Of a stretch of 33,368 nt of DNA, positions 1 to 7,713 are shown piece by piece; position 1 is the first letter of the stretch, and every line of letters begins with the position of its first letter. The position numbers and the translations under genes were made by a program. The notes under the pieces were generated by a model. It ran no database searches. It was not told where the DNA came from and saw nothing but the letters and a program-made list of their open reading frames with translations. The DNA is from an uncultured Chlamydiae bacterium. Its GTDB lineage: Bacteria > Chlamydiota > Chlamydiia > Chlamydiales > SM23-39. The stretch spans positions 1 to 33,368 of the forward strand of contig CALBPE010000027.1 in assembly GCA_937899275.1 (NCBI GenBank), given 5' to 3'.

Positions 1-326
1 ACAAAGCCTTGTAAGTTTGTGTGGACATATTTTTCTGTTTGTTTTTTCGAGGCGCGGACACCTGCCTGCGCTGCTAGATGTAATAGGTGAGAAATAGAGC
101 GTTTTTTTAACAGGTTTTTGATCAAGGGGGTATCGCAGATATCTCCTTCGATGATTTCTACCCCTTTTTCTTGCAGCTTTTTTTGCCGCAGTCTTTTTAA
201 CGCAGGATCGTAGTAATCATTAAAATCATCTACGCCGATAACAGAGTCGCCCTGTTTCACTAAAGCTAAAGCTGCATGAAATCCAATGAATCCCGCAGCG
301 CCTGTAATTAGAATGGATCTGCCCAT
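1..326 (-). CDS. NAD-dependent nucleotide-sugar epimerase (UDP-glucuronate 4-epimerase-like); 5' part only, runs off window start
   Basis: Manual translation from ATG at 326: MGRSILITGAAGFIGFHAALALVKQGDSVIGVDDFNDYYDPALK...HLAAQAGVR. Contains GxxGxxG, NDYYD and HLAAQAGVR motifs. Absent from the ORF track because truncated. Confidence 0.9.
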   Translation of the reverse strand, partial: MGRSILITGAAGFIGFHAALALVKQGDSVIGVDDFNDYYDPALKRLRQKKLQEKGVEIIEGDICDTPLIKNLLKKRSISHLLHLAAQAGVRASKKQTEKYVHTNLQGF

Positions 327-400
327 GTATTTTCCTAGTTTGATCCTAAAAACTCATATGTAGACTAGAGGTTAAATCTATTTTCTGTAGAATACTTTTT

Positions 401-1192
401 ATGAAAACTATCCTAGCAAAAAGTAGCGCTTTTCTTCTAGCCCTATGCCTCGTATCTTGCAGCACGTGCTACGATAAAAACGTGGTATACGGAGCTGATG
501 AATTTGTTCTAGACTCTTACCAGATTCAAGAGGGGAAATGGGCGATCATCGACATGATGGGCTCAGAAAATCAAGAAGAAGCTGTCTCTACGCAATCTGG
601 ATCTAGCGTCTACTTAATCGGATCGGTAGAAAAACCAGAAATTACTCTGAAAAAATCGATGACTCTATTTGATGTGTTAGCAGAAGCAAAAATCCCCACG
701 AATGCGAATTTATTTAAAAGCTACATCGCCCGCAGGGGAAAAATCCTTCCCATTGATTTTTACCGCCTTCTTTGCAGAGGAGATATGTCCCAAAATATCG
801 AAGTGGAAAAAGGAGATAAGATTTATATTGCAGATCCTTACGCTGCTACCATTTTAGTCATGGGAGAAGTTGTTAGCCCGAGGGTTATTCCCGCTATACA
901 TGGTTTTTTGCCTTTACGAGAAGCAATAGCAAAGGCCAAAGGAATCGCTTACACAGGGGACCTTTCGTATATACAGGTGATTCGGGGGGGAGTAGCCCAG
1001 CCAAAAATTTACCTTCTCAGCTGGGAGCATATTTTACGCCTTCCCAACACCAGTCTTCTTTTGATACCAGGAGACATCGTTTATGTAGCATCTACTCCCA
1101 TCACCGAATGGAACCGGTTTTTTTCTCAGCTCATACCTAACCTATTTGGAGGAGAGGTAGTTGTGAAGGGAGTAGATGCTAATTGCAATTAG
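401..1192 (+). CDS. Wza-like polysaccharide export lipoprotein with SLBB domains
   Basis: Lipobox-like LVSC after a hydrophobic signal. Two SLBB-like segments (VYLIGSVEKP..TLFDVLAEA; VMGEVVSP..LREAIAKAKG) and a Wza-like C-terminus (PGDIVYV..PITEWNRFFSQLIP). Confidence 0.75.
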   Translation: MKTILAKSSAFLLALCLVSCSTCYDKNVVYGADEFVLDSYQIQEGKWAIIDMMGSENQEEAVSTQSGSSVYLIGSVEKPEITLKKSMTLFDVLAEAKIPTNANLFKSYIARRGKILPIDFYRLLCRGDMSQNIEVEKGDKIYIADPYAATILVMGEVVSPRVIPAIHGFLPLREAIAKAKGIAYTGDLSYIQVIRGGVAQPKIYLLSWEHILRLPNTSLLLIPGDIVYVASTPITEWNRFFSQLIPNLFGGEVVVKGVDANCN

Positions 1193-1205
1193 CCTACTTT
1201 TTTTC

Positions 1206-2534
1206 CTAGTCCTCAAGTCGGAGCTTACGCTTATTGCTATCGTAGAAAAGAACGATTGTAGGGTCTTTATATCTGTTGAAAGCTTTTCTAGCTTCTTTTC
1301 GTACTACTGAAGGCATCTTTTCAGAAATATCTTCTTCACTGCAGATTTGTATCGCGCTTTCTTGAGGATTTCGGAGCTGTTTTTGCATCCATTTTTGTCG
1401 AAGCGCTTTTTTTATTGCTATTTCCTGAGGCTTTGTGAATATCTTATTAGAAAAGTAGTCTTTTAAAAGATCAATTGGATCTTCTGCTATACCCGACGCC
1501 GCCTTAAAAGCCTCGATTTTGTTTTTTTCGACTTTAGCTTCCGCAAGGATTGTTAGTAGAGTTGATAATTCTAAGTTTTTTTCGCATGAAAACCAATCGG
1601 GTGCAAGTGTCAATTCCATGTCATCTAATTTGAACAAGGTATAGCCTGCTCTTAATTTGGTCCGTGACATTTGAAGATTGCTTACATTGCATTTTCCTTT
1701 TACATCTTTGAATACAAATAGGATAGGCCTATTGTATACCTCCCCAAATTTTCTTAGGTACTCTCTCACAACCTCTTGTGTCTTTTTAGGTATTATATTG
1801 TGCTCGATGTCTGCATCTGTCATGATAACACAAGCTTGAGACGTTCTTGTTTTTCTGCACTGCGCCTGAATATACTTTTGCAGAGCCTCTTGCATAATCC
1901 TTTGTCTTGCCTCTGGCTCCATCTGTTTGAGCTGGGAATACACTGCTTGTTTGTTGCCTCGATTTAGCGAAAAAAGCACTTGTAGTGGTATGATTTTGGT
2001 GGGTTCTTTGCTGTTATTTTGTAGGGGTTTTGCTCTCGACATTTTTGCAAATATATCATCAAAACAAAAGAGCTCTTTACTTTCATTTTGGCTAATTACG
2101 TTAGCACGCAATTTACGTATAGAGTTATATGTATCTATTAGATTCTTTTTGCATGTTTCGATATTTTTTATGTTGGATGGTTCTTCCACTTTCTTCGCGT
2201 ACAAAGTATCTTTTTTTAAAATAACAAAGGCTACTTTAGTCGCTTTTTTAGATGGATCTGTAGTTGTAGTTGTGTTGATCGTGCGATAACAGCCATATGG
2301 ACCGGTCTTAGGTTAGACGCTCCAAAAATAGACAACCAGTAGCTGTGGGTTATGCTTTATATATTGTTGTATTTTAGATGGCGTATCTATGCACTTCTGG
2401 TAAGAAGCTCGTAAGCTAAATTGTCGATATATTTCGCTTGGAGAAGATCCACTTTTATAATCATCTTTCGGGCGCTGGTATGAGCGCTGGTATGAGCGCT
2501 GGTATGAGCTCTGGCATGGGTTACTGCTTATCAT
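1206..2534 (-). pseudogene. Orphan effector-like gene (443 codons including stop) split by one in-frame TAA at 2313-2315
   Basis: ORFs 2313..2534 and 1206..2204 share a frame, and the 36 intervening codons are open (PKTGPYGCYRTINTTTTTDPSKK...). RBS AGAGGA precedes the ATG at 2534; no clear RBS precedes the TTG at 2204. Confidence 0.7.
2472..2519. repeat. 12-bp tandem repeat GCGCTGGTATGA x3 plus one degenerate copy (encodes SYQR repeats)
   Basis: Directly visible. Confidence 0.95.
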
Positions 2535-2697
2535 TGCGTTTCCTCTTAGTTTCAGGGTGAATATTCCTTATAAAATTAGTAGTACTGTTCCATGATTTTC
2601 TTGATTAAAATCCCACTTTCTACGTTTTTTATAGCGCGCAAAAGTAGATCAGTAAATGTAAGATGATCTACATATCGCATGATCTTTTTTACACGTA

Positions 2698-2883
2698 GTA
2701 CAATACTTGAAATTATTGATGTAAGTTCAAAAGGATTTAAAGGCTGCTGAATTACGTAGAAAAAGAAATATCACGGGGAAAGTAGCATGGCATAAAATCC
2801 ATGCATTTCCTAAAAATTTTCCAAAAATTATAGGATAGCCGGTTATTAAAATGGGAGAGATTTTTGTACTGAAAAAAGTAGGA
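2698..2883 (+). repeat. Degenerate repeat X1 (gene remnant), homologous to 6641-6823
   Basis: Shared blocks GCTGCTGAATTACGTA and CATGCATTTCCTAAAAATTTT; about 75% identity by manual alignment. Confidence 0.85.
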
Positions 2884-3152
2884 AAATTGCCGTGCATAGT
2901 AGATACACGGCTATCCTCTACTATCAAGTCGTCATGCGCGTTCTGGTCTAGTCCCTTGATCTACACATGGGAGATGAAAAGGGATATGTCTTAAGTGTCA
3001 TTTTTTAATACGGGTTTATAGGATTGTATTCTTGCATCCATGAACCCATGGAAAAGTTAAGAGAATCTAGCCGCAAACCTCCCGGTGTATTGCCTTGAGA
3101 AACGTATTATTACACGGCCGCCTGCGCTTAGAGGTGTTTGCAATAAACATAC

Positions 3153-3207
3153 TTATCTCGATATAATGAGATAAAAATCGACTTTTTATCTCGATATAAC
3201 AGGGTAA
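3153..3207. promoter_or_regulatory. Direct/inverted repeat array upstream of the ATPase, candidate operator
   Basis: TTATCTCGATATAA occurs at 3153 and 3186. The first copy forms the palindrome TTATCTC-N8-GAGATAA. Confidence 0.5.
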
Positions 3208-3211
3208 TGTG

Positions 3212-4504
3212 ATGTTAAGTATTTTAGAAAAATGGAACCGGTGGGGCTCAAACCCATTAAACAGCAAGATATTAAGAACATATATACCGAAAATAAGTCC
3301 CTATATTCATACAGACGAAGTTATTGCTCTTATAGGACCAAGAAAGGCGGGAAAAAGTACCATTCTTTACCAAATCATGGACGTTCTTGAACAGGAAGGT
3401 CTTCCTAAAGAAGCGATATTTCACATGAATTTTGAAGAACCAAGTGTATCGTCTAAACTCACATTACGAACGCTTGATAAGCTTTATGAATCATATAGAG
3501 AACATATTTATCCAGAAGGTAGAGCCTATCTTTTTCTTGATGAAATACAAAATATCGAAGAGTGGGAACGTTGGGTACGCACGCGAAATGAAACGGAAAA
3601 TATAAAAATTTTCATCACAGGCTCTTCAGCAAAACTTATGTCTCGTGAGATAAGTACGTTATTAACTGGCCGTCATCTATCATTTGAGATCTTTCCTCTA
3701 TCTTTTGCAGAATTTCTGGATTTTCACCAAATTACACCACCAAATCATAGAAGACCTATTGACGCTTCCCCAGTAATAAAAAAGGCATTAAATAACTACA
3801 TTAAATGGGGCGGATTTCCAGCGGTAACGCTAGCAAAAACAGAACAGCATAAACGCAATATTCTATTAGGATATTTTGATGATATCCTATACAAGGATAT
3901 TGCGTTGAGACATAAAATAAGAGACGCAGTTGCTTTAAGAAATATTGCGGTTCATCTTCTATCGCAAACGGGCAAATTAATTTCATATCAAAGAATCGCT
4001 AATGTATTTCAACTGTCAGAAGAAGCGACAAAAAATTACTGTCATTATATTCAAGAGGCTTTTCTGATTGAAATGCTATTCTATTACAGCGTCAAAGCCT
4101 CTATTAGACAAAGGCGCCCCAAAAAGGTGCATGCTATTGATCTCGGACTGCGAAATACTGTTAGCATCTCCAACGCAAAAGATGAAGAAAAAGTCGTTGA
4201 GTCACTCATCTACCAAAACCTGAGAAAACGTTATGGCAATCATGTTTTTTATTGGTCTGGAAATCAGGAAATTGACTTTGTGATTCAAGAGGGAAACAAC
4301 ATCACGCAACTCTGGCAAATAGCTATCGATGGTTTTGAAAATGAAAAAGTTATGAGCCGCGAACTCAATGCCTTTGAGGAAGCAAAACAAATTTTTCCGA
4401 GTGCAGAAGCATTTCTTGTAACAAAAACCATGCCTAATCAATGGGAAAAGTTTCCCTGCCACGTGATTCCACTTTGGTCTTTTTTGTTGGGATCAGAAAG
4501 TTAA
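3212..4504 (+). CDS. AAA+ ATPase, AAA_14 plus DUF4143 family
   Basis: Walker A GPRKAGKST, Walker B LFLDEIQ, ITGSS, LTGR, GGFP, PKKVHAIDLGL and a C-terminal EIDFV..Q nuclease-like segment. ATG at 3212, alternative GTG at 3209. Confidence 0.9.
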   Translation: MLSILEKWNRWGSNPLNSKILRTYIPKISPYIHTDEVIALIGPRKAGKSTILYQIMDVLEQEGLPKEAIFHMNFEEPSVSSKLTLRTLDKLYESYREHIYPEGRAYLFLDEIQNIEEWERWVRTRNETENIKIFITGSSAKLMSREISTLLTGRHLSFEIFPLSFAEFLDFHQITPPNHRRPIDASPVIKKALNNYIKWGGFPAVTLAKTEQHKRNILLGYFDDILYKDIALRHKIRDAVALRNIAVHLLSQTGKLISYQRIANVFQLSEEATKNYCHYIQEAFLIEMLFYYSVKASIRQRRPKKVHAIDLGLRNTVSISNAKDEEKVVESLIYQNLRKRYGNHVFYWSGNQEIDFVIQEGNNITQLWQIAIDGFENEKVMSRELNAFEEAKQIFPSAEAFLVTKTMPNQWEKFPCHVIPLWSFLLGSES

Positions 4505-4603
4505 GGAACCAATTTTCGAAAGGGCTTTTTCCAATGCATCGATCTGATTTTATAATCATGCAAGAATTGATAAGGCAAATTGCATTGAATATGCTAATTA
4601 CTC

Positions 4604-4666
4604 CTATGCATTTTCGATAAAAATTTGCACTATTTTAATGACTAGTTTTTTATCGAAAGTGCATAG
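4604..4666. terminator. Long inverted repeat between convergent genes (20-bp arms, 1 mismatch, 23-nt loop)
   Basis: CTATGCATTTTCGATAAAAA (4604-4623) and TTTTTATCGAAAGTGCATAG (4647-4666). The repeat is certain; the terminator role is inferred from position. Confidence 0.55.
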
Positions 4667-4707
4667 AAGAGTCACCGCTTAGGCGTTAATCATTGTAATA
4701 AAGCTTT

Positions 4708-5556
4708 TTAGTTCTGATTTTCTTTTTGATCTGCCGCGAAACGTACTTTTATTTTGGTTGGAGGCCTATGGTCATAAACTAGCCAGATACGGTTTGTATC
4801 CTCGGAATTCTTTATATTCGTAATGAGCCTTTCGTCAGCTCCTTTCTCCTTTAAAACTGCTTTCGGATTCAGGGTGATTGTTATCCTAGAACCCTGGGTA
4901 GATCTGCTATGGATAGCGGCAATTTGTCCTGCTAATTGGCGATAGGCTGGTTTTGTTAATGCAGAAAAATTGTTCAGAAGCACTAGTTTCTTCCAATCGT
5001 ACATTAGATCCTTGATATCCGTAAGCTTATCCGGTGTGCAGTTGGGGAAAGTCGTCGGATGGATCCTGACTTCGACTAGGGAGAATTGGCCAAAATTGTC
5101 ATTCTGCGTTACGGCAAGTCCGAAGGACTTTAATTCGGGCATCTTAAATAGGACAGTATGCTGCGTCGAAGTCTTGCTTTCGACTTCCATGCTTTGCCTT
5201 GCAGGAGGTAGATTATCATTTGTAAAGGGTAATTCGGGCGTATGGACAATGTTTTTGAATACAAACGTGTTATTTGCGAAGATGGTAATCTTGGTTACTG
5301 ATGTGCATGTATCCGGGGCACAATTTTCACGATATGTACTGTATTTCAAGGCTGGGCTCTTTGAGGTTTCTTGCTCGAATATTTCTACCTTCTGAATAGC
5401 AGATGACTGTGCAAAAAATGTGTTTATAGCGCACTGAAAAAGATTTTTGTACACCTCTTCTTCTAGTTTTTTTCCCTGGTCTTGGTCCTGTCTTTCAGAT
5501 GCGACTTGAAAATTTTTAAAGTCTATATATCGCTCTACGATTTTGTCAATACTCAT
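4708..5556 (-). CDS. Hypothetical protein, distant paralog of 6841..7713
   Basis: 282-aa ORF with RBS GAGGA. Co-linear motifs with the paralog: PELKSFG/PELVKLG, RQLAGQIAA/KQLAGEITA, ITLNP/ITLDP. Confidence 0.8.
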   Translation of the reverse strand: MSIDKIVERYIDFKNFQVASERQDQDQGKKLEEEVYKNLFQCAINTFFAQSSAIQKVEIFEQETSKSPALKYSTYRENCAPDTCTSVTKITIFANNTFVFKNIVHTPELPFTNDNLPPARQSMEVESKTSTQHTVLFKMPELKSFGLAVTQNDNFGQFSLVEVRIHPTTFPNCTPDKLTDIKDLMYDWKKLVLLNNFSALTKPAYRQLAGQIAAIHSRSTQGSRITITLNPKAVLKEKGADERLITNIKNSEDTNRIWLVYDHRPPTKIKVRFAADQKENQN

Positions 5557-6364
5557 AGGATTTCCTCGTATTTAAGTTGTCGGTATTAATAAAGGTTAAG
5601 TCAAATTTAGGGGGATAACGATGTAAACTATTTGTATAAGCCTTGGTACAATGATTGTTTGTATGGAATCGTTTTTAGGATTTTAACAAAAAAATAGAAA
5701 AAGATTATGGAATAAAATAGGAATAAAAATATAGGAAATTACTTGCTTTCTTTAAAAAAAAACGTGAAATCGTATACTGCGCTTAAGGAATAGATGTGTG
5801 AGAGGTGTAGATGATTTCAAAACAGATTTTAGTTGTTGAGGGAAGTCAAAAGCTCTCTATCTGCCTGATAAAAGCGCTTCTACAAGAAGGGCACCGAGTA
5901 ACGTATCTTTTTTTAGACCGTCCTTCTTGGTTAGAAGAGTGGGAGTCTTCAGAAGTTCGTTTGCATGGACTAAAGCATGATCTTTGCGGCAGCTTGTTTT
6001 TGCCAGTAGATGAGGTATACGATCTTTCTTGTACGAAACAAGCGTCGGAAGAAAGCTCTATCAAGCGGGCTATTTTTGGAGCGTTTCATCTGCTTGCTTT
6101 AGTGAAAAGGGCAAAAGCGCGGCTTTTGCAACTGATTCCTTCTTTGTATGAAGAAGGCTCTAATGCTCCGATTTATGCACTTTTAGAGATGTTGAGTCAG
6201 GAACATAGTAAAACCCAGCTTCCGATAAAACTTGTCAGATTTTCTAAAGAGTTCGACCCTGCATCTGATTTAGAAAATAGCGTTTTTTCGTTGCTCAATA
6301 TCATGAAAGATCCTGCAAAAGTGGGAACGATTCCTCTGACTTCAGATCAAGAAGCTCTTCTTTT
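5553..6364 (+). repeat. High-identity part of the tandem duplication, copy 1 (partner 7710-8508)
   Basis: Manual alignment; 6047-6364 is identical to 8191-8508. Confidence 0.95.
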
Positions 6365-6368
6365 TTGA
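5811..6368 (+). CDS. Degenerate UDP-glucuronate decarboxylase (UXS)-like Rossmann-fold protein, probably non-catalytic
   Basis: HDL..LPVDEVYDLSC and GAFHLLALVKRAKARLLQ resemble UXS HDV..EVDEIYNLAC and GAINMLGLAKRVKARILQ. The Gly-rich loop and YxxxK are absent. The TGA stop is supplied by the IS right end. Confidence 0.65.
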   Translation: MISKQILVVEGSQKLSICLIKALLQEGHRVTYLFLDRPSWLEEWESSEVRLHGLKHDLCGSLFLPVDEVYDLSCTKQASEESSIKRAIFGAFHLLALVKRAKARLLQLIPSLYEEGSNAPIYALLEMLSQEHSKTQLPIKLVRFSKEFDPASDLENSVFSLLNIMKDPAKVGTIPLTSDQEALLF

Positions 6369-6530
6369 CATCCTCTCCCACCTAAAGGAAGGAGATTCGT
6401 AAAAGTTGCTAACCGCAACTTACGAGCAGGTTTGCATCGCTGCTTTCTGCTTCACCGAAGATTCTAGCGAATCTACTCCACAGGCTAATACCCGGTGTCC
6501 TCGGGCTAAACTATTCATGGCTTCTACATC
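6365..6530 (-). ncRNA. Predicted TnpB omegaRNA (reRNA) scaffold; guide would continue into the flank from 6364 downward
   Basis: Spans the tnpB 3' end to the right end, as known for TnpB reRNAs. Intact stems GATTC-GCTA-GAATC, TCGTAAGTTGC-GGTTA-GCAACTTTTACGA and the right-end hairpin. Expression is not shown. Confidence 0.7.
6420..6530 (-). pseudogene. tnpB: tnpB C-terminal remnant
   Basis: DVEAMNSLARGHRVLACGVDSLESSVKQKAAMQTCS* matches the TnpB tail pattern (NA)DxxGAxNIL.RGHRVLACG...VKQE. Confidence 0.85.
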
Positions 6531-6533
6531 ATA

Positions 6534-6593
6534 GGCGGAGCTTCTATTTCTGTGGTTCGCCAATATATTGAGCAACAGCAGGAAATTGGGTGA
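6534..6593 (+). pseudogene. tnpA: IS200/IS605 tnpA (Y1 HUH transposase) C-terminal remnant
   Basis: GGASISVVRQYIEQQQEIG* contains the catalytic YxxxQ helix. It points toward the left end, divergent from tnpB. Confidence 0.85.
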
Positions 6594-6640
6594 GCTCTAC
6601 ATCCTCCACTTCAAGGAAGAGGCTTTGCGCTCTACTTTTG

Positions 6641-6823
6641 GTAAAAGACGAAAGTATCGATTTAGGTTCAGCAGGTGTTAAGAGCTGCTGAATTACGTAC
6701 GAAAAGCAGTGCCATGGCGCAAATACCATGGCACAAAATCATGCATTTCCTAAAAATTTTGCAGAGGTTATAAAACAACCGCTCATTAAAATAGGAGAAA
6801 TCTTTGTAGTTACAAAAGCTGCA
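6641..6823 (+). repeat. Degenerate repeat X2, homologous to 2698-2883
   Basis: See X1. Homology begins at the GTAA (TTAC) target abutting the IS left end. Confidence 0.85.
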
Positions 6824-6840
6824 AGCTCTTTTAAATGGCA

Positions 6841-7713
6841 CTAAACATGGTTACGCTTTGCATTATCTGCAAATGCCTTTTCACGGTTCGTGACAGGTAC
6901 ATAAGAATAAAAAATAAAACAGATATCGGATTTTGGTAGCCTTTTGCCGGACCTGCCGGACCTGTCGGACATGCAGGGCCTTAAGAAGTTTGCCCACTCG
7001 TCGGTAGAGCAGTCTATTCCTGCATCTTCAACAAAGGTTCGTCCGATGGTGTGCAATGGATCCAAGGTTATTCTAACGAGAACCTGCCTGTCCTCAACAA
7101 AACCAGACGTCTTAGTATAAGCAGCTGTGATTTCTCCTGCCAGTTGTTTCAGCTCTTGCGGATCGAGATCTTCTAAACTTTTACCTTGAGGTAAAGAGAG
7201 CTTGTTAGCGATAGGTTCAAATTCCTTAATAGAGGTCTGTTGGAATTTTTTTATATCTACTTTTAGGGCGATTGCAAAGATCTGATCCCACTTTCCTTTA
7301 TTCTGACCCAGCTGTTTTGTATTTAGTATACGGATCCCGAGTTTGACAAGTTCCGGATAATTGATATCTGCCGTAACATTGTTATCTGCCATCTTACTTT
7401 CGATTGGCTTGCTTGTTTTTTCCTCGGGTATTATGTTTTGGACTGTAATTGTGTTATCTACAGCGATCTGAACCCGGGTTATAAAATTACTATTTTGGTT
7501 ACTAGTTGGTTTTGTATAGATTCGTGAGAGTTCTGGGTCTAGTTTATAATGTATTTCTAACCTCCCAATGCCCTGTGCTTTTTTTAAAAAGTCTTCTACT
7601 CTCAAGGCAAGTAATCGTTCACTAATACGTCTATTGCGGGCGGCTTGATCGCCATCGCTAGATTTGGTTTGGTTTATTTCTAAAAAATGCTGTACAACAG
7701 AATGAATAGTCAT
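6841..7713 (-). CDS. Hypothetical protein, distant paralog of 4708..5556
   Basis: 290-aa ORF sharing a 5' leader/RBS block with the paralog, plus co-linear motifs. Confidence 0.8.
   Translation of the reverse strand: MTIHSVVQHFLEINQTKSSDGDQAARNRRISERLLALRVEDFLKKAQGIGRLEIHYKLDPELSRIYTKPTSNQNSNFITRVQIAVDNTITVQNIIPEEKTSKPIESKMADNNVTADINYPELVKLGIRILNTKQLGQNKGKWDQIFAIALKVDIKKFQQTSIKEFEPIANKLSLPQGKSLEDLDPQELKQLAGEITAAYTKTSGFVEDRQVLVRITLDPLHTIGRTFVEDAGIDCSTDEWANFLRPCMSDRSGRSGKRLPKSDICFIFYSYVPVTNREKAFADNAKRNHV

Larger units (their letters stand above)
6365..6640 (-). mobile_element. 276-bp non-autonomous IS200/IS605-family (IS608-like) element
   Basis: On the minus strand the left end reads TTAC|CAAAAGTAGAGCGC-AAAG-CCTCTTCCTTGAAGTGGAGG (target TTAC, guide AAAG, hairpin). 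The right end reads GAAT-CTCCTTCCTTTAGGTGGGAG-AGGATG-TCAA|. Internal tnpA and tnpB 3' remnants are present. Confidence 0.92.

Noticed and set aside
2472..2519. Possible CRISPR-like repeats (also 3153-3199 and 17875-17903)
   Set aside because: The units are 12-14 bp, mostly contiguous without unique spacers, and no cas genes are present.
3027..4567. 10-bp inverted match ATTCTTGCAT/ATGCAAGAAT around the ATPase as transposon ends
   Set aside because: Too short in AT-rich DNA, with no target duplication or transposase.
5570..5610. Sigma28 promoter in the conserved paralog leader (CCGACAA)
   Set aside because: No correctly spaced TAAAG -35 is conserved in both copies.
6544..6729. 61-aa minus-strand ORF in the ORF track
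   Set aside because: It spans X2, the IS left end and the antisense of the tnpA remnant, so it is a chance frame.
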